Source of the DNA: Alphaproteobacteria bacterium
GTDB lineage: Bacteria > Pseudomonadota > Alphaproteobacteria > SP197
Length of the DNA: 64,000 nt
Assembly: GCA_964291265.2 (NCBI GenBank)
Contig: OZ219747.1
Span: 3,008,001 to 3,072,000 of the forward strand
Reading direction: 5' to 3'
The notes beneath the pieces were generated by a model that saw nothing but the letters and a program-made list of their open reading frames with translations, had not been told where the DNA came from and made no database searches. How positions within the stretch are numbered: position 1 is the stretch's first letter; each line of letters begins with the position of its first letter. The position numbers and the translations under genes were made by a program. Shown here in pieces: positions 58,001-64,000 of this stretch.

Positions 58001-58619
58001 GACGACGCGGCTGCGGCTGCTTCTGGAAGGGTCCCATGAGCACGGGACGGCGAGTGGCGCGACGCTGACGCCGGCGCTGGAGGTGGGGGTGCGCCACGAC
58101 GGCGGCGACCTGGGTCGGGGCTTCGGGATGGAGGCGGGGGCGGGCCTGACCTGGCGCGACTCGGCGGCGGGTCTGACGGCGGAGTTGCGCTCTCGCATCC
58201 TGGCGGCGCACGAGCGCGACCGAGACGAGTGGGGGGTGAGCGCGCTGGTGCGTTTCGACCCCGAAACCGACGGGCGCGGAACCTTTGTGACCTTCAGCCC
58301 CTCGCACGGGTGGACGGAGAGCAACATCGGCCAGTTGTTCGACTATAGTCTGCCCACGGCCGCGGCCGACGCGGCGGTGGGCGACATGGATGGCCGTCTG
58401 GAGGCGGAAGTGGGCCATGGCTTCGGTCTGCCGGGTCCGGGGCCGCTGGCGGTGTTGACGCCGTATTCCGGGCTGAGCCTTGCGGAGTCGGGCGAGCAGA
58501 CAGTGCGGCTGGGCACACGCTACCGCCTGGGTGTGCTCGATCTGGATGGCGAGTTCATGCACCGGCCGGGAGTGGCGGGCGAGCAGCGCATGATGCTGCG
58601 CGGCACACTGAGCTGGTGA
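40083..58619 (+). CDS. Giant adhesin, C-terminal part: FN3, Calx-beta and PKD-like repeats plus an autotransporter-like beta-barrel
   Basis: 6178 aa with DD.LDE.DETFTV Calx motifs. C-terminus has WDGGLWS, SINPY, WASVGYG, TPALEVGVRHDGGD and LTPY, and ends in W. Confidence 0.9.
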   Translation: MTVTASDGNGNADTATVVITVVRGTPGVTVTPTSLRVFEGTSETYTVVLDAPPSGPVTITLGGASGDVTVNPGGLSFTPSNWSAPQTVRVSAAPDRDSNTDPDVILTHRASGGGYDSVSVDQVTVSVIETNVEIAKPVLTAVPGDQRVTLVWDAHVLSGWIYQYREAGSGDQGWKPPNWRGDVPGGGDVTSHVVTGLRNGVEYEFRIRGHRLWIPGPISNIATATPSPGLTLSRHALRVVEGGSATYKVALDRMPPENVKVVVGVSGDVTAAPDRLTFTPSNWSAPQTVKVSAGEDGDTADDIVTLRHTATGGGFDGTRSLGGVEVTVRDTTPGDRRPELTLPGDPLVVTEGEPIIVKVLSDRHLTGKVSVSLTLAPMSSSGFDAADIAGGLTQAREADFGSVPGLTGTVSIATLPDSVVESIEDYSIRLNDGAGYRVGSDRKAPGSLKDNTGIVSMPSALTVTEGTDSARFTVTASRPFGRTIAFHVSYDRGTATGAADPADGDYDNDAVTRVVFGPAETRKDIVIPLSDDGDVETDETIVVVISPVGAFVPTGFVLGNRKTTVTIADDDTGSVTVTPTRLRVPEGGSNTYTVVLDAKPWGNVTVTPSSTDRAVAMVSGPLTFTASDWSDPQTVTVRGVHDTDPDASDASVTVSHAMSGGGYTGVRAESVAVTVTDDDAAADVDSRPSVEVELNNSGAVIGARARTPHTVSVTLDTVVRATILNSSREVNLFIRTPRDTVGPFSRELGTHTIEGELAGIPGYISRPGAKFRFVFQVDIAPPTLVAAVDRTVSVPWGQTVRQCFDLLAVKHGGTTYLERRAGRPAVSAHASLLDRKTGIVMSTSVPGIAEGRGLADLSPCVDLGPGVHRVTWVWRGPHGETIDRRQSTYVTVVAIPAAPRNLSASPGPEHVSLAWSTPPAAAPGARFSYQYRQKPGSGEYGPWTAVPGSGPATVGHRVTGLAPGVVHTFQVRAVDANGAGVASSEASAMLATRGVTVGTGSLTVREGGSGAYTVVLDAVPSGPVTVTPSSGDRSVAMVSGPLTFTAADWSKPQTVTVTGVRDEDTADEDVVVSHAVSGGGYAGVRVSSVTVTVTDTTPVLTLPTAPAAVVEGRPIVLTVASDRPLTGGLRVNLTLSDPETSGFAANDVAGGLTQAVEADFGSGGRTATVSIPTVADISVEGTESYLVTLNDGPGYAPGVAVVVAGELSDAPRRPEKPTSLRATASEDRVTLTWTAQADPSIRGWQYRERVKGYSSWLLFLGSGVKVAHASAGAGAAVRARTIDMTREYSSDGSVKNTVRRVYNGFVLEYQIRSWNDEGEGPWSDIAEVVTVNADSGATVIVSRDAIALRPGDSATWSVAMNSVLAGKVSLSARGAGGVRVEPSVLTFAGGSGQIPQEVTVTGLVEGRATIVHAYTGLGSTAVNVANAAEVAVTVTRSGAISPVRPAGFTATAGDKRVVLRWSDPGDATIATWQLRQRRSASNTAWARFPWTDIPSSDKDTVSHTVTGLDGGRSYDFQVRAVNAVGPGPASATRSAVPTGGASVTVTPIRLTVDEGGTGSFTIVLNEEPTVARLRVEAKIDRTSPQHSFAEDGLFFEASTARDKSDRYETIFLTFTPGNWNIPQKVTLRGLRDRDDRDDPITVVIDQGPSGGLWHRSNYRGIDIPNVTVTIRDASPALQLLSDPAPVTEGTPVRLTVTADRKRTGTLPVNLTLSSRSFGGFDASDIPGALTQTFEADFGSTPSRTGTVSIPTLADADTAEGAEAYAIRLNPVVGGYTVGDDVTAEGVLNDGAAATRPARPTGLAATAGDGAVALMWDDPQDATITGWQVRHSAMVSGWQGASWTDVPDAGAGTTTHRVTGLVNDRGYRFQVRAVNPAGSSLPSDVVVATPNAVPCRIGLAGLDGGAIDAGRATVSFQVKVPANCGRITDVRRQVKTTAQEWSDVPWTPLAVRAVRGWPNAGAARTGKETAELTVERGRLDVRVRAFNQQAAGPVSETAWAWFGAPDAPTGFTAAPGDGQVTLTWNAQPDQGVTGWRYTYRPSDSSEWTTVPVAGAATTTTTVTGLTNGTQYLFHVRAVGHNWSDWSAVAAVTPVNAPPCRIGIAEPRGSAISAGAEASLSFRVKVPANCGRITDIQRQIKTVAEDWDDVSWTPLSTPGARSWPNANTPATGKETATLANAQRGRHDVRVRAFNEEAGGQVSETAWAWIGAPDAPSGFAAAPGDGRMTLTWDAQPDQAISVWRYRYRSGSGPWVESVLAGSVPSSFTITGLINGTEYVFQLRAEGQGPGAWSAEVKATPAAPRSVWVPRTLTVAEDAGAVTVTVTASEAFGQGVAFNVTYGGTATGAAAPAEGDYDNDAVTEVTFSATETEKAIVIPITNDDDVEGNETFTVSVTPAGGLPDGWTLGNTTTTVTIADDDRAALAIADVTAAEGATFAFTVTASPVLSEPVGFKYKVTAASGDTAAAGEDFTAVTTATAATIAGGEATATITVAVTDDSLDEDDETFTVTLSEPSAGVRIGDATARGTITDNDEPPALAIAAPPAAVTEGDSGSTDMAFTVTLDAASGRTVTVNHAVAGTATATAGTDFTGGAGTLSFAPGETTKSITLSVTGDETDEADETVVLTLSNAQNATIATPTASATITDDDASPVLAALTALTVKVGEEASLTARASDADNDPITYAWRRTSGPTLPSGATLDAATLRFTPTAPGAYAMTVTASDGKGNADSASVTITVNPATAVSVPRTLGVAENAGTADIAITTPAAFGQSVAFAVTYGGAATGANDPAEGDYDNDAVTEVTFNATDKTKTISVPITDDVLDENNETFTVTIALAEGQSLPRGFVLGNTTTTVTITDDDTLATTWTLSLDPATLAEASATTQVTLTATRAGTATALAATEIAVSVAGGTATAGEDFTAVTGFTLTVAPGATTGTADFNLAVTDDARDEADETLTVTGVLAGNTITPARLTITDNDEPPALAIAAPPAAVTEGDSGSTDMAFTVTLDAASGRTVTVNHAVAGTATATAGTDFTGGAGTLSFAPGETTKSITLSVTGDETDEADETVVLTLSNAQNATIATPTASATITDDDASPVLAALTALTVKVGEEASLTARASDADNDPITYAWRRTSGPTLPSGATLDAATLRFTPTAPGAYAMTVTASDGKGNADSASVTITVNPATAVSVPRTLGVAENAGTADIAITTPAAFGQSVAFAVTYGGAATGANDPAEGDYDNDAVTEVTFNATDKTKTISVPITDDVLDENNETFTVTIALAEGQSLPRGFVLGNTTTTVTITDDDTLATTWTLSLDPATLAEASATTQVTLTATRAGTATALAATEIAVSVAGGTATAGEDFTAVTGFTLTVAPGATTGTADFNLAVTDDARDEADETLTVTGVLAGNTITPARLTITDNDEPPALAIAAPPAAVTEGDSGSTDMAFTVTLDAASGRTVTVNHAVAGTATATAGTDFTGGAGTLSFAPGETTKSITLSVTGDETDEADETVVLTLSNAQNATIATPTASATITDDDASPVLAALTALTVKVGEEASLTARASDADNDPITYAWRRTSGPTLPSGATLDAATLRFTPTAPGAYAMTVTASDGKGNADSASVTITVNPATAVSVPRTLGVAENAGTADIAITTPAAFGQSVAFAVTYGGAATGANDPAEGDYDNDAVTEVTFNATDKTKTISVPITDDVLDENNETFTVTIALAEGQSLPRGFVLGNTTTTVTITDDDTLATTWTLSLDPATLAEASATTQVTLTATRAGTATALAATEIAVSVAGGTATAGEDFTAVTGFTLTVAPGATTGTADFNLAVTDDARDEADETLTVTGVLAGNTITPARLTITDNDEPPALAIAAPPAAVTEGDSGSTDMAFTVTLDAASGRTVTVNHAVAGTATATAGTDFTGGAGTLSFAPGETTKSITLSVTGDETDEADETVVLTLSNAQNATIATPTASATITDDDASPVLAALTALTVKVGEEASLTARASDADNDPITYAWRRTSGPTLPSGATLDAATLRFTPTAPGAYAMTVTASDGKGNADSASVTITVNPATAVSVPRTLGVAENAGTADIAITTPAAFGQSVAFAVTYGGAATGANDPAEGDYDNDAVTEVTFNATDKTKTISVPITDDVLDENNETFTVTIALAEGQSLPRGFVLGNTTTTVTITDDDTLATTWTLSLDPATLAEASATTQVTLTATRAGTATALAATEIAVSVAGGTATAGEDFTAVTGFTLTVAPGATTGTADFNLAVTDDARDEADETLTVTGVLAGNTITPARLTITDNDEPPALAIAAPPAAVTEGDSGSTDMAFTVTLDAASGRTVTVNHAVAGTATATAGTDFTGGAGTLSFAPGETTKSITLSVTGDETDEADETVVLTLSNAQNATIATPTASATITDDDASPVLAALTALTLKVGEEASLTARASDADNDPITYAWRRTSGPTLPSGATLDAATLRFTPTAPGAYAMTVTASDGKGNADSASVTITVNPATAVSVPRTLGVAENAGTADIAITTPAAFGQSVAFAVTYGGAATGANDPAEGDYDNDAVTEVTFNATDKTKTISVPITDDVLDENNETFTVTIALAEGQSLPRGFVLGNTTTTVTITDDDTLATTWTLSLDPATLAEASATTQVTLTATRAGTATALAATEIAVSVAGGTATAGEDFTAVTGFTLTVAPGATTGTADFNLAVTDDARDEADETLTVTGVLAGNTITPARLTITDNDEPPALAIAAPPAAVTEGDSGSTDMAFTVTLDAASGRPVTVNHAVAGTATATPGTDFTGGAGTLSFAPGETTKSITLSVTGDETDEADETVVLTLSNAQNATIATPTASATITDDDASPVLAALTALTLKVGEEASLTARASDADNDPITYAWRRTSGPTLPSGATLDAATLRFTPTAPGAYAMTVTASDGKGNADSASVTITVNPATAVSVPRTLGVAENAGTADIAITTPAAFGQSVAFAVTYGGAATGANDPAEGDYDNDAVTEVTFNATDKTKTISVPITDDVLDENNETFTVTIALAEGQSLPRGFVLGNTTTTVTITDDDTLATTWTLSLDPATLAEASATTQVTLTATRAGTATALAATEIAVSVAGGTATAGEDFTAVTGFTLTVAPGATTGTADFNLAVTDDARDEADETLTVTGVLAGNTITPARLTITDNDEPPETPDQPSGLVATPGDGRVTLVWSDPQDASIVKWQLRYGKVGESLKRWADIEGSSATTTSHTVTGLENGSAYRFRIRTVKRGSKGLRSEDVTATPSAETPDQPSGLVATPGDGRVTLVWSDPQDASIVKWQLRYGKVGRSLKRWADIEGSSATTTSHTVTGLENGSAYRFRIRTVKRGSKGLRSEDVTATPSAATPDQQSGLVATPGDGRVTLSTAALTVEEGGSATYTVVLNAEPSGNVTVTVGGASGDVRVEPANLTFTVADWSVPQTVTVSAAEDDDAVADAAVTLTHGASGGGYDGVEIASITVTVTENDEAGVTVSESVLTVEEGGSATYTVVLETKPTGDVTVTVGDASGDVRVAPSSLTFTVADWSAPQTVTVSAAEDDDAVADAAVTLTHGASGGGYGGVEIASITVTVTENDEAGVTVSESALTVEEGSSATYTVVLETEPAGDVTVMPSSADLSAVAVSGPLIFTASDWKVPQTVTVTGMLDDDTDDVVAVVSHAVSGGDYDGVTADPVRVTVTDMTLAWQVERANRVNASVLPQVAAAVVSQTLSAVTERIDVAAAGDEGSGSMQFGALPSAPDEPARDFLPRPEQSGPGPTLAEALDGASFMLPLGATEDEAIPPRAVMWGRGGRVSLSGSEQGVSWDGGLWSAQLGADVRLRRNLLAGMAVSWSEGKVDTGTADGGGGEVDGTHETTVTSINPYLAWLSPDGSNLWASVGYGLGEVRIAEGDAPARRADLTQWSAAAGGRGVLVGDAELIAGGVTRLATKGEGAASWLRTGVDHGLAELTAKTTRLRLLLEGSHEHGTASGATLTPALEVGVRHDGGDLGRGFGMEAGAGLTWRDSAAGLTAELRSRILAAHERDRDEWGVSALVRFDPETDGRGTFVTFSPSHGWTESNIGQLFDYSLPTAAADAAVGDMDGRLEAEVGHGFGLPGPGPLAVLTPYSGLSLAESGEQTVRLGTRYRLGVLDLDGEFMHRPGVAGEQRMMLRGTLSW
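43059..46319 (+). repeat. 3.26-kb intragenic duplication, copy 2
   Basis: Matches 36203-39463 with a few substitutions. Confidence 0.92.
47655..55620 (+). repeat. Six tandem 1323-bp (441-aa) units
   Basis: ACCATCACCGACAACGACGAGCCCCCG recurs every 1323 bp from 47655 to 55593. Confidence 0.95.
55620..56250 (+). repeat. 288-bp FN3 tandem repeat (x2 plus a partial copy)
   Basis: TPDQPSGLVATPGDGRVTL starts at about 55620, 55908 and 56196. Confidence 0.9.
56267..57010 (+). repeat. 321-bp Calx-like tandem repeat (x2 plus a partial copy)
   Basis: LTVEEG(G/S)SATYTVVL starts at about 56267, 56588 and 56909. Confidence 0.85.
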
Positions 58620-59143
58620 AGGTGTCTTGCGACTGTTGCCGGGAGGGTTCCGGTTCCGAGGTGTTGCGGCATCTTTGAAGCCTTGCCTGTCCTCCGAGTC
58701 CCGTTGTCCGGGCCCTGGCGATGCCAGGATGTGAGGTTGGCATCGAGAGAGCGATGCGATAGCGCAGAGAGCCTTGCCGACAACCCGCATCGCAGCACCC
58801 GGACGATCTGGTGTGTGAGGGAGCGAACTCTTGCGCATGGCCAGGCAAACTCCGCCCAGAAGCACCACTCTGATCTGGAAACATCGAAGCCGATGTTGAT
58901 GGCTGCATAGAACGGCGGGATTTCGGCGATTTGCCGCGCTTTGTCAGGGTCGTGTTTCTTCCCTGTTGTCAGGTCCTATTGTCACGTCCTGTTGTCGTGG
59001 TTTGAGTGTTCGGTTGATTGTCTCATCGAGCGCCGCCGTCTTTATCCTAATTGTCGTTTTGGTCCGGTTCGGTTTCCGGCGGCCTTTGCTGGAGCCATCG
59101 ACGGCAGGGAAGAGGTGGCGGCATCGGCCCATTGAAAGGGAAG

Positions 59144-59710
59144 TCAGGCGGCCCGGTCGAGTGCGCCGAGGGCATCCCGCAGGATGACGGAGGCGGCCAC
59201 GGCATCGATCCAGTGCTGGCCTTGACGCTTCCGGCCTTCGTTTTCGGCGATGATCCCTGCGGCCTCGAAGGTGCTGAGCCGCTCGTCCCACATGAGAACC
59301 GGCAGTCCGAGACCGGCCTGGAGATTGATCCCCGTCTGCCAGGCGGAGCGGGCCCGTGGTCCCTCGCTGCCATCCATGTTGACGGGGTGTCCGAGAACGA
59401 TGCCGGTGGCGCCTCTCGTGTCGACGACGCCCTGCAGATGCGTCAGGACCTCCTTCCAGCGCCGGCGCACGAGAACCCCGACCGGCGAGGCGATCATCCT
59501 GCATGCATCGCTGGCCGCGATGCCGATGCGCTTCGCGCCGGGATCGATTCCCAGAAGCGCGCCCTCCGGAGAAAACGCGAGGAAGGCTGCGACGTCCCGC
59601 TGCGGCTTGTCCGGGAGGTGCGACGCTGATAGCCTTGGCGGCGATGGGTGATGGTCAGTCACGGTTCCATCCCCGACACTGGACGCCCATATGCCATCCG
59701 GCCAGAGCAT
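59144..59710 (-). CDS. ruvX: Holliday junction resolvase-like protein RuvX/YqgF
   Basis: Motifs LGIDPGAKRIGIAASD, WDERLST and IDAVAASVIL. The true start is probably downstream of 59710. Confidence 0.93.
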   Translation of the reverse strand: MLWPDGIWASSVGDGTVTDHHPSPPRLSASHLPDKPQRDVAAFLAFSPEGALLGIDPGAKRIGIAASDACRMIASPVGVLVRRRWKEVLTHLQGVVDTRGATGIVLGHPVNMDGSEGPRARSAWQTGINLQAGLGLPVLMWDERLSTFEAAGIIAENEGRKRQGQHWIDAVAASVILRDALGALDRAA

Positions 59711-59718
59711 ACCGGCAG

Positions 59719-60006
59719 ATGAAGTTTGACAAGAACACCGTCGCGCGGGTTGCTCGACTGGCGCGCATCGCGACTGGCGACACCGAATGCCGGCAGCTTG
59801 CCGACGAGATCTCGTCCATCATCGCATGGATCGACACGCTGGGCGAGGTCGATACCGACGATGTCGAGCCCATGACCGGCGTTGGTGCCATGACGCTGAA
59901 GTGGCGCTGCGACGAGGTCACGGACGGCGGCATCGCCGATGACATCACGGCCAACGCCCCGGCTTCGGTCGACGGGTGCTTTGTCGTGCCGAAGACCGTC
60001 GAATGA
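59719..60006 (+). CDS. gatC: Asp/Glu-tRNA amidotransferase subunit C
   Basis: [30 protein letters not shown]. Confidence 0.95.
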   Translation: MKFDKNTVARVARLARIATGDTECRQLADEISSIIAWIDTLGEVDTDDVEPMTGVGAMTLKWRCDEVTDGGIADDITANAPASVDGCFVVPKTVE

Positions 60007-61475
60007 CCGCGCTGACGGACCTGACGATCGCCGGCGCCCGTGATCTCCTTGCGGCAGGCGAGATCTCGGCGGTGGATCTTGCCCGTGCCCATCTCGCGGC
60101 CATGGAGCGCCACCGGGGTCTCAATGCCTTCATCACGGAAACGCCCGATCGGGCCCTGGAGCTTGCCGAAGCCTCGGACCGTCGCCGCCGGGCCGGTGAG
60201 GCCGGCCTTCTCGAGGGCATCCCGGTCGCGATCAAGGACCTGTTCTGCACGAAGGACATCCCGACGACCGCCGGATCGCGCATTCTCGCTGGTTTCACGC
60301 CCTTCTACGAATCGACGGTGAGCGCAGCCATGCTGCGCGAAGGCGCGGTCGTGCTGGGCAAGACGAACCTCGACGAGTTCGCGATGGGGTCTTCCAACCT
60401 CACGAGCTGGTACGGCCCGGCGATCAATCCCTGGCGGGCGACAGGGGACGGCAAGGCGCGGGTTCCCGGCGGCTCGTCGGGCGGGTCCGCATCAGCGGTC
60501 GCGGCGCGCATGGCGATGGCGGCGACGGGCACGGATACCGGCGGCTCCATCCGTCAGCCGGCTGCCTTCACCGGCACCGTGGGACTCAAGCCGACCTACG
60601 GGCGGTGTTCGCGGCTCGGCATCATCGCCTTCGCCTCCTCCCTCGATCAGGCCGGTCCGCTGACCCGGACCGTACGCGATGCCGCGATCATGCTGGGCGC
60701 CATGGCGGGCCACGATCCCCTGGATTCGACCTCCGTGGACGTGCCTCTCGCCGATCTCGAGGACACTCTCGAGGCCGGCGTCCAAGGCATGACGATCGGC
60801 ATTCCCGATGAGTATCGTGTCGAGGGCATGCCGGCGGTGATCGATGACCTGTGGCAACGGGGTATCGCCTGGCTCGAGAGCGCAGGCGCACGTGTGCGCG
60901 AGGTCTCGCTGCCGCACACGCGGTACGCCTTGCCGGCCTACTACATCATTGCTCCGGCCGAGGCCTCTTCGAACCTCGCCCGCTATGATGGCGTCAGGTT
61001 CGGTCTGAGATGCGAGGGCGACGATCTCGTCTCGATGTACGAGAAAACGCGGGCCAGGGGATTCGGGGACGAGGTGAAGCGACGCATCCTCATCGGCACC
61101 TACGTCCTGTCCGAGGGCTACTTCGATGCCTACTATCTCAAGGCGCAGAAGGTGCGCACGCGCATCGCCGACGATTTTCGCGAAGCCTGGACCTCGGTTG
61201 ACGCACTGTTGACACCGACCACGCCGTCGGCTGCGTTTGCCGCCGACAGTCCTCCTCGCGATCCCGTTTCCATGTATCTCAACGATGTCTTCACGGTTCC
61301 GGCGAGCCTTGCCGGCCTCCCCGGCATTTCCGTGCCGGCGGGTCTTGACGGAAACGGATTGCCCCTTGGACTGCAGGTCATCGCCCGTCCGTTCGACGAG
61401 GCGCGCCTCATGCGGGTGGCAAGGACCATCGAAGGGGCCGCCGGGTTCGACACGGCGCCATCGGGTCTGACGTGA
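60003..61475 (+). CDS. gatA: Asp/Glu-tRNA amidotransferase subunit A
   Basis: Motifs [32 protein letters not shown] and SSNLARYDG. Confidence 0.97.
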   Translation: MTALTDLTIAGARDLLAAGEISAVDLARAHLAAMERHRGLNAFITETPDRALELAEASDRRRRAGEAGLLEGIPVAIKDLFCTKDIPTTAGSRILAGFTPFYESTVSAAMLREGAVVLGKTNLDEFAMGSSNLTSWYGPAINPWRATGDGKARVPGGSSGGSASAVAARMAMAATGTDTGGSIRQPAAFTGTVGLKPTYGRCSRLGIIAFASSLDQAGPLTRTVRDAAIMLGAMAGHDPLDSTSVDVPLADLEDTLEAGVQGMTIGIPDEYRVEGMPAVIDDLWQRGIAWLESAGARVREVSLPHTRYALPAYYIIAPAEASSNLARYDGVRFGLRCEGDDLVSMYEKTRARGFGDEVKRRILIGTYVLSEGYFDAYYLKAQKVRTRIADDFREAWTSVDALLTPTTPSAAFAADSPPRDPVSMYLNDVFTVPASLAGLPGISVPAGLDGNGLPLGLQVIARPFDEARLMRVARTIEGAAGFDTAPSGLT

Positions 61476-62944
61476 TGGCGGAGCTGATCGTAAGGGAGAG
61501 CGGGCCGTTTTCCTACGTCATCGGACTCGAGGTCCACGCGCAGATCGTCTCCTCGTCGAAGCTCTTTTCGGGAGCCTCCACCGCATTCGGCGCCGCTGCC
61601 AATACCCAGGTCTCGGCCGTCGATGCGGGCATGCCGGGCATGCTTCCCGTCATCAACATGGCCTGCATAGAACAGGCCGTGCGCACCGGGCTTGCCCTGG
61701 ACGGCGCCATCAACCGGCGATCCGTGTTCGAACGGAAGAACTACTTCTATCCGGACCTGCCGCAAGGCTATCAGATCTCGCAGTACCAGCAGCCGATCGT
61801 CACGGGCGGGTATGTCGTCATCGAACTCGATGACGGCGCCACACGGTCCATCGGCATCGAGCGCCTGCATGTGGAACAGGATGCCGGCAAGAGTCTGCAC
61901 GACAGGGATCCCGACCACTCGCTGGTCGATCTCAACCGTTCGGGCATCGGACTGATGGAGATCGTCTCCCTTCCCGAACTGGCGTCGCCCGACGAGGCCG
62001 TGCGCTATGTCAGAGCCCTGAGAAGCATCCTGCGCTATGCCGGAACGTGTGACGGCAACATGCAGGAGGGATCACTGCGCGTCGACGCCAACGTGTCGAT
62101 GAGACGCCCGGGAGAAGCGCTCGGCACGCGTTGCGAGATCAAGAACCTCAATTCCCTGAAATTCCTGCAGCGGGCCATCGAGTACGAGGGTCATCGTCAG
62201 GCGACGATCCTGGACGAGGGGGGAACGGTCCGTCAGGAGACCAGGCTCTTCGACGTGGAAGCGGGCGAGACCCGCAGCATGCGCAGCAAGGAGGATGCCG
62301 AGGACTATCGCTACTTCCCCGATCCGGATCTGCTGCCGCTCGACCTCGACGAGGCATGGATAGCCAGGATCGCGGATACGATGCCGGAGTTGCCCGATGC
62401 CCGCAAGCAGCGGTTCATGCGCGATTACGGCCTGTCATCCTATGATGCCGGCGTTCTCGTGGCGGAATGCGGCAACGCGGACTTCTTCGAGGACGTCGCC
62501 CGGGGGCGCGGCAGCAAGCTGGCAGCGAACTGGGTCATGACGGAGCTCTTCGGGCGTCTCAATCACGAGGGCATCGGTGTCGCGGACAGTCCGGTCGGAG
62601 CCGATGCTCTGGGCGGCCTCATCGATCTCATCGTCGATGACACCATCTCCGGGCGCATGGCCAAGGATGTCTTCGCGGAGATGTTTGCCACCGGCAGGGA
62701 CGCCGCCACGATCGTCGAGGAACGGGGGCTGAAGCAGGTCACGGACCTGGACAGCATCGTGGCTCTTGTGGACGGCGTTCTGGCGTCCCATCCTGATCAT
62801 GTGGCCGAGTACCGTGCCGGAAAGACGAAACTTCTCGGATTCTTCATGGGCGAGGTCATGAAGGCTTCACGCGGCCGCGCCAATCCCCGGGCCGTCAACC
62901 GGACGCTGCGCCTCAGACTGGGCGACGAAAGAGCAACCCGATGA
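61475..62944 (+). CDS. gatB: Asp/Glu-tRNA amidotransferase subunit B
   Basis: Motifs [24 protein letters not shown] and [10 protein letters not shown]. Confidence 0.97.
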   Translation: MAELIVRESGPFSYVIGLEVHAQIVSSSKLFSGASTAFGAAANTQVSAVDAGMPGMLPVINMACIEQAVRTGLALDGAINRRSVFERKNYFYPDLPQGYQISQYQQPIVTGGYVVIELDDGATRSIGIERLHVEQDAGKSLHDRDPDHSLVDLNRSGIGLMEIVSLPELASPDEAVRYVRALRSILRYAGTCDGNMQEGSLRVDANVSMRRPGEALGTRCEIKNLNSLKFLQRAIEYEGHRQATILDEGGTVRQETRLFDVEAGETRSMRSKEDAEDYRYFPDPDLLPLDLDEAWIARIADTMPELPDARKQRFMRDYGLSSYDAGVLVAECGNADFFEDVARGRGSKLAANWVMTELFGRLNHEGIGVADSPVGADALGGLIDLIVDDTISGRMAKDVFAEMFATGRDAATIVEERGLKQVTDLDSIVALVDGVLASHPDHVAEYRAGKTKLLGFFMGEVMKASRGRANPRAVNRTLRLRLGDERATR

Positions 62945-63558
62945 TCGACCTCTACACGGCGGCGACTCCCAACGGCCGCAAGGCCTCCATCATGCTGGAG
63001 GAGGTGGGCCTCGCCTACACCGTCCACCACGTCGACATCGGTGCCGGCGAGCAGTTCGAACCGGCCTTTCTCGGGATCAGTCCCAACAACAAGATTCCGG
63101 CGATCGTCGACAGCGAGGGACCGGGGGGCGAACCGGTCAGTGTCTTCGAATCGGGAGCGATTCTCATCTATCTCGCCGAGAAGACAGGCTGCCTCATGCC
63201 CTCCGATGCACGGCAACGTCTCGATGTGCTGCAGTGGCTGATGTTCCAGATGGGCGGTGTCGGACCGATGTTCGGCCAGGCCAATCACTTCATCAAGTTC
63301 GCCAGCGAGGATGTGCCCTACGGGAAGACCCGCTACCGCAACGAGGTGATGCGTCTCCTTGGAGTCATGGAACGGCGCCTGGCAGAGGTGCCCTGTCTTG
63401 CCGGGGACTACTCCATCGCCGACGTGGCGACCTGGCCATGGGTCATGCGTGCGGAGTGGTACGACACCGACTGGGGCCGGTTTCCGCACGTCCGTCGCTG
63501 GTACGACGCCATTGCCGAGCGTGACGCCGTCAGGCGGGGCGTTGCGGTGCCGTCATGA
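62941..63558 (+). CDS. Glutathione S-transferase (YfcG-like)
   Basis: Motifs [22 protein letters not shown] and YSIAD. Confidence 0.92.
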   Translation: MIDLYTAATPNGRKASIMLEEVGLAYTVHHVDIGAGEQFEPAFLGISPNNKIPAIVDSEGPGGEPVSVFESGAILIYLAEKTGCLMPSDARQRLDVLQWLMFQMGGVGPMFGQANHFIKFASEDVPYGKTRYRNEVMRLLGVMERRLAEVPCLAGDYSIADVATWPWVMRAEWYDTDWGRFPHVRRWYDAIAERDAVRRGVAVPS

Positions 63559-64000
63559 GTCTCGTTGCGCGCCCGGCGGTGAGACGGGTCCGCAGCGCTC
63601 TCGAAGCGCTGGGCAGCAGCGCCCGGGTGATCGAACTGGCGGCGACGGCGCGCACGGCCGGGGACGCGGCGGATGCCCTGGGCTGCCAGCAGGGCTCCAT
63701 CGTCAAATCACTCGTGTTCCGGGTCGCCGAAGTTCCGGTTCTGGCTCTCGTCGCCGGTGACCGCCGGGCGCACGAGACGAGGATTGCCGCGTCACTCGGT
63801 CTCGAGGGACCTGTGACGCGGGCCGACGCCGACTTCGTCAGGCAGACGACAGGATGTTCCATTGGCGGTGTCCCACCCGTGGGGCACCGGGTTCCCCTGC
63901 CTACGGTGATGGACGCCAGCCTGTGGCGTTTTCCCCTTGTCCATGCCGCTGCCGGCCACCCCACTGCGTCTTTGGCGAGACGCCCGACAACCTCGCCTCG
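63555..64000 (+). CDS. YbaK/EbsC (aminoacyl-tRNA deacylase) family protein, 3'-partial
   Basis: Manual translation gives ARTAGDAADALGC..IVKSLVF..ADADFVR.TTG.SIGGVPP.GH..AAAGHP. Apparent 1-bp loss in the C run at ~63960. Confidence 0.88.
   Translation, partial: MSLVARPAVRRVRSALEALGSSARVIELAATARTAGDAADALGCQQGSIVKSLVFRVAEVPVLALVAGDRRAHETRIAASLGLEGPVTRADADFVRQTTGCSIGGVPPVGHRVPLPTVMDASLWRFPLVHAAAGHPTASLARRPTTSP

Overview
GC-rich alphaproteobacterial chromosome segment. The housekeeping backbone is rpmG / MFS / NUDIX / rnr / topA / plsY / pyrC / pyrB ... ruvX / gatCAB / GST / YbaK. Two accessory blocks interrupt it. The first (~7.5-13.1 kb) holds NnrS, a frameshifted Uma2, an Rpn nuclease, IS5 and MITEs. 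The second (~23.2-59.1 kb) lies between pyrB and ruvX. It holds a PIN toxin-antitoxin pair, a four-level nest of mobile elements, an IS4 element with a DUF4338/DruA-like domain, and a ~24 kb FN3/Calx-beta autotransporter adhesin gene split by a C13 tract. The main result is an IS110 bridge-recombinase element at 24862-26827, inserted at nucleotides 8-9 of a group II intron. Its predicted bridge RNA has target-loop guides that together spell the first 14 nt of that intron, and donor-loop guides that match the element's own ends across a canonical CT core. The element also carries an unexplained 96-aa passenger gene and an array of four GGTAACGTTACC palindromes. All calls are by eye from the sequence; no database searches were run.
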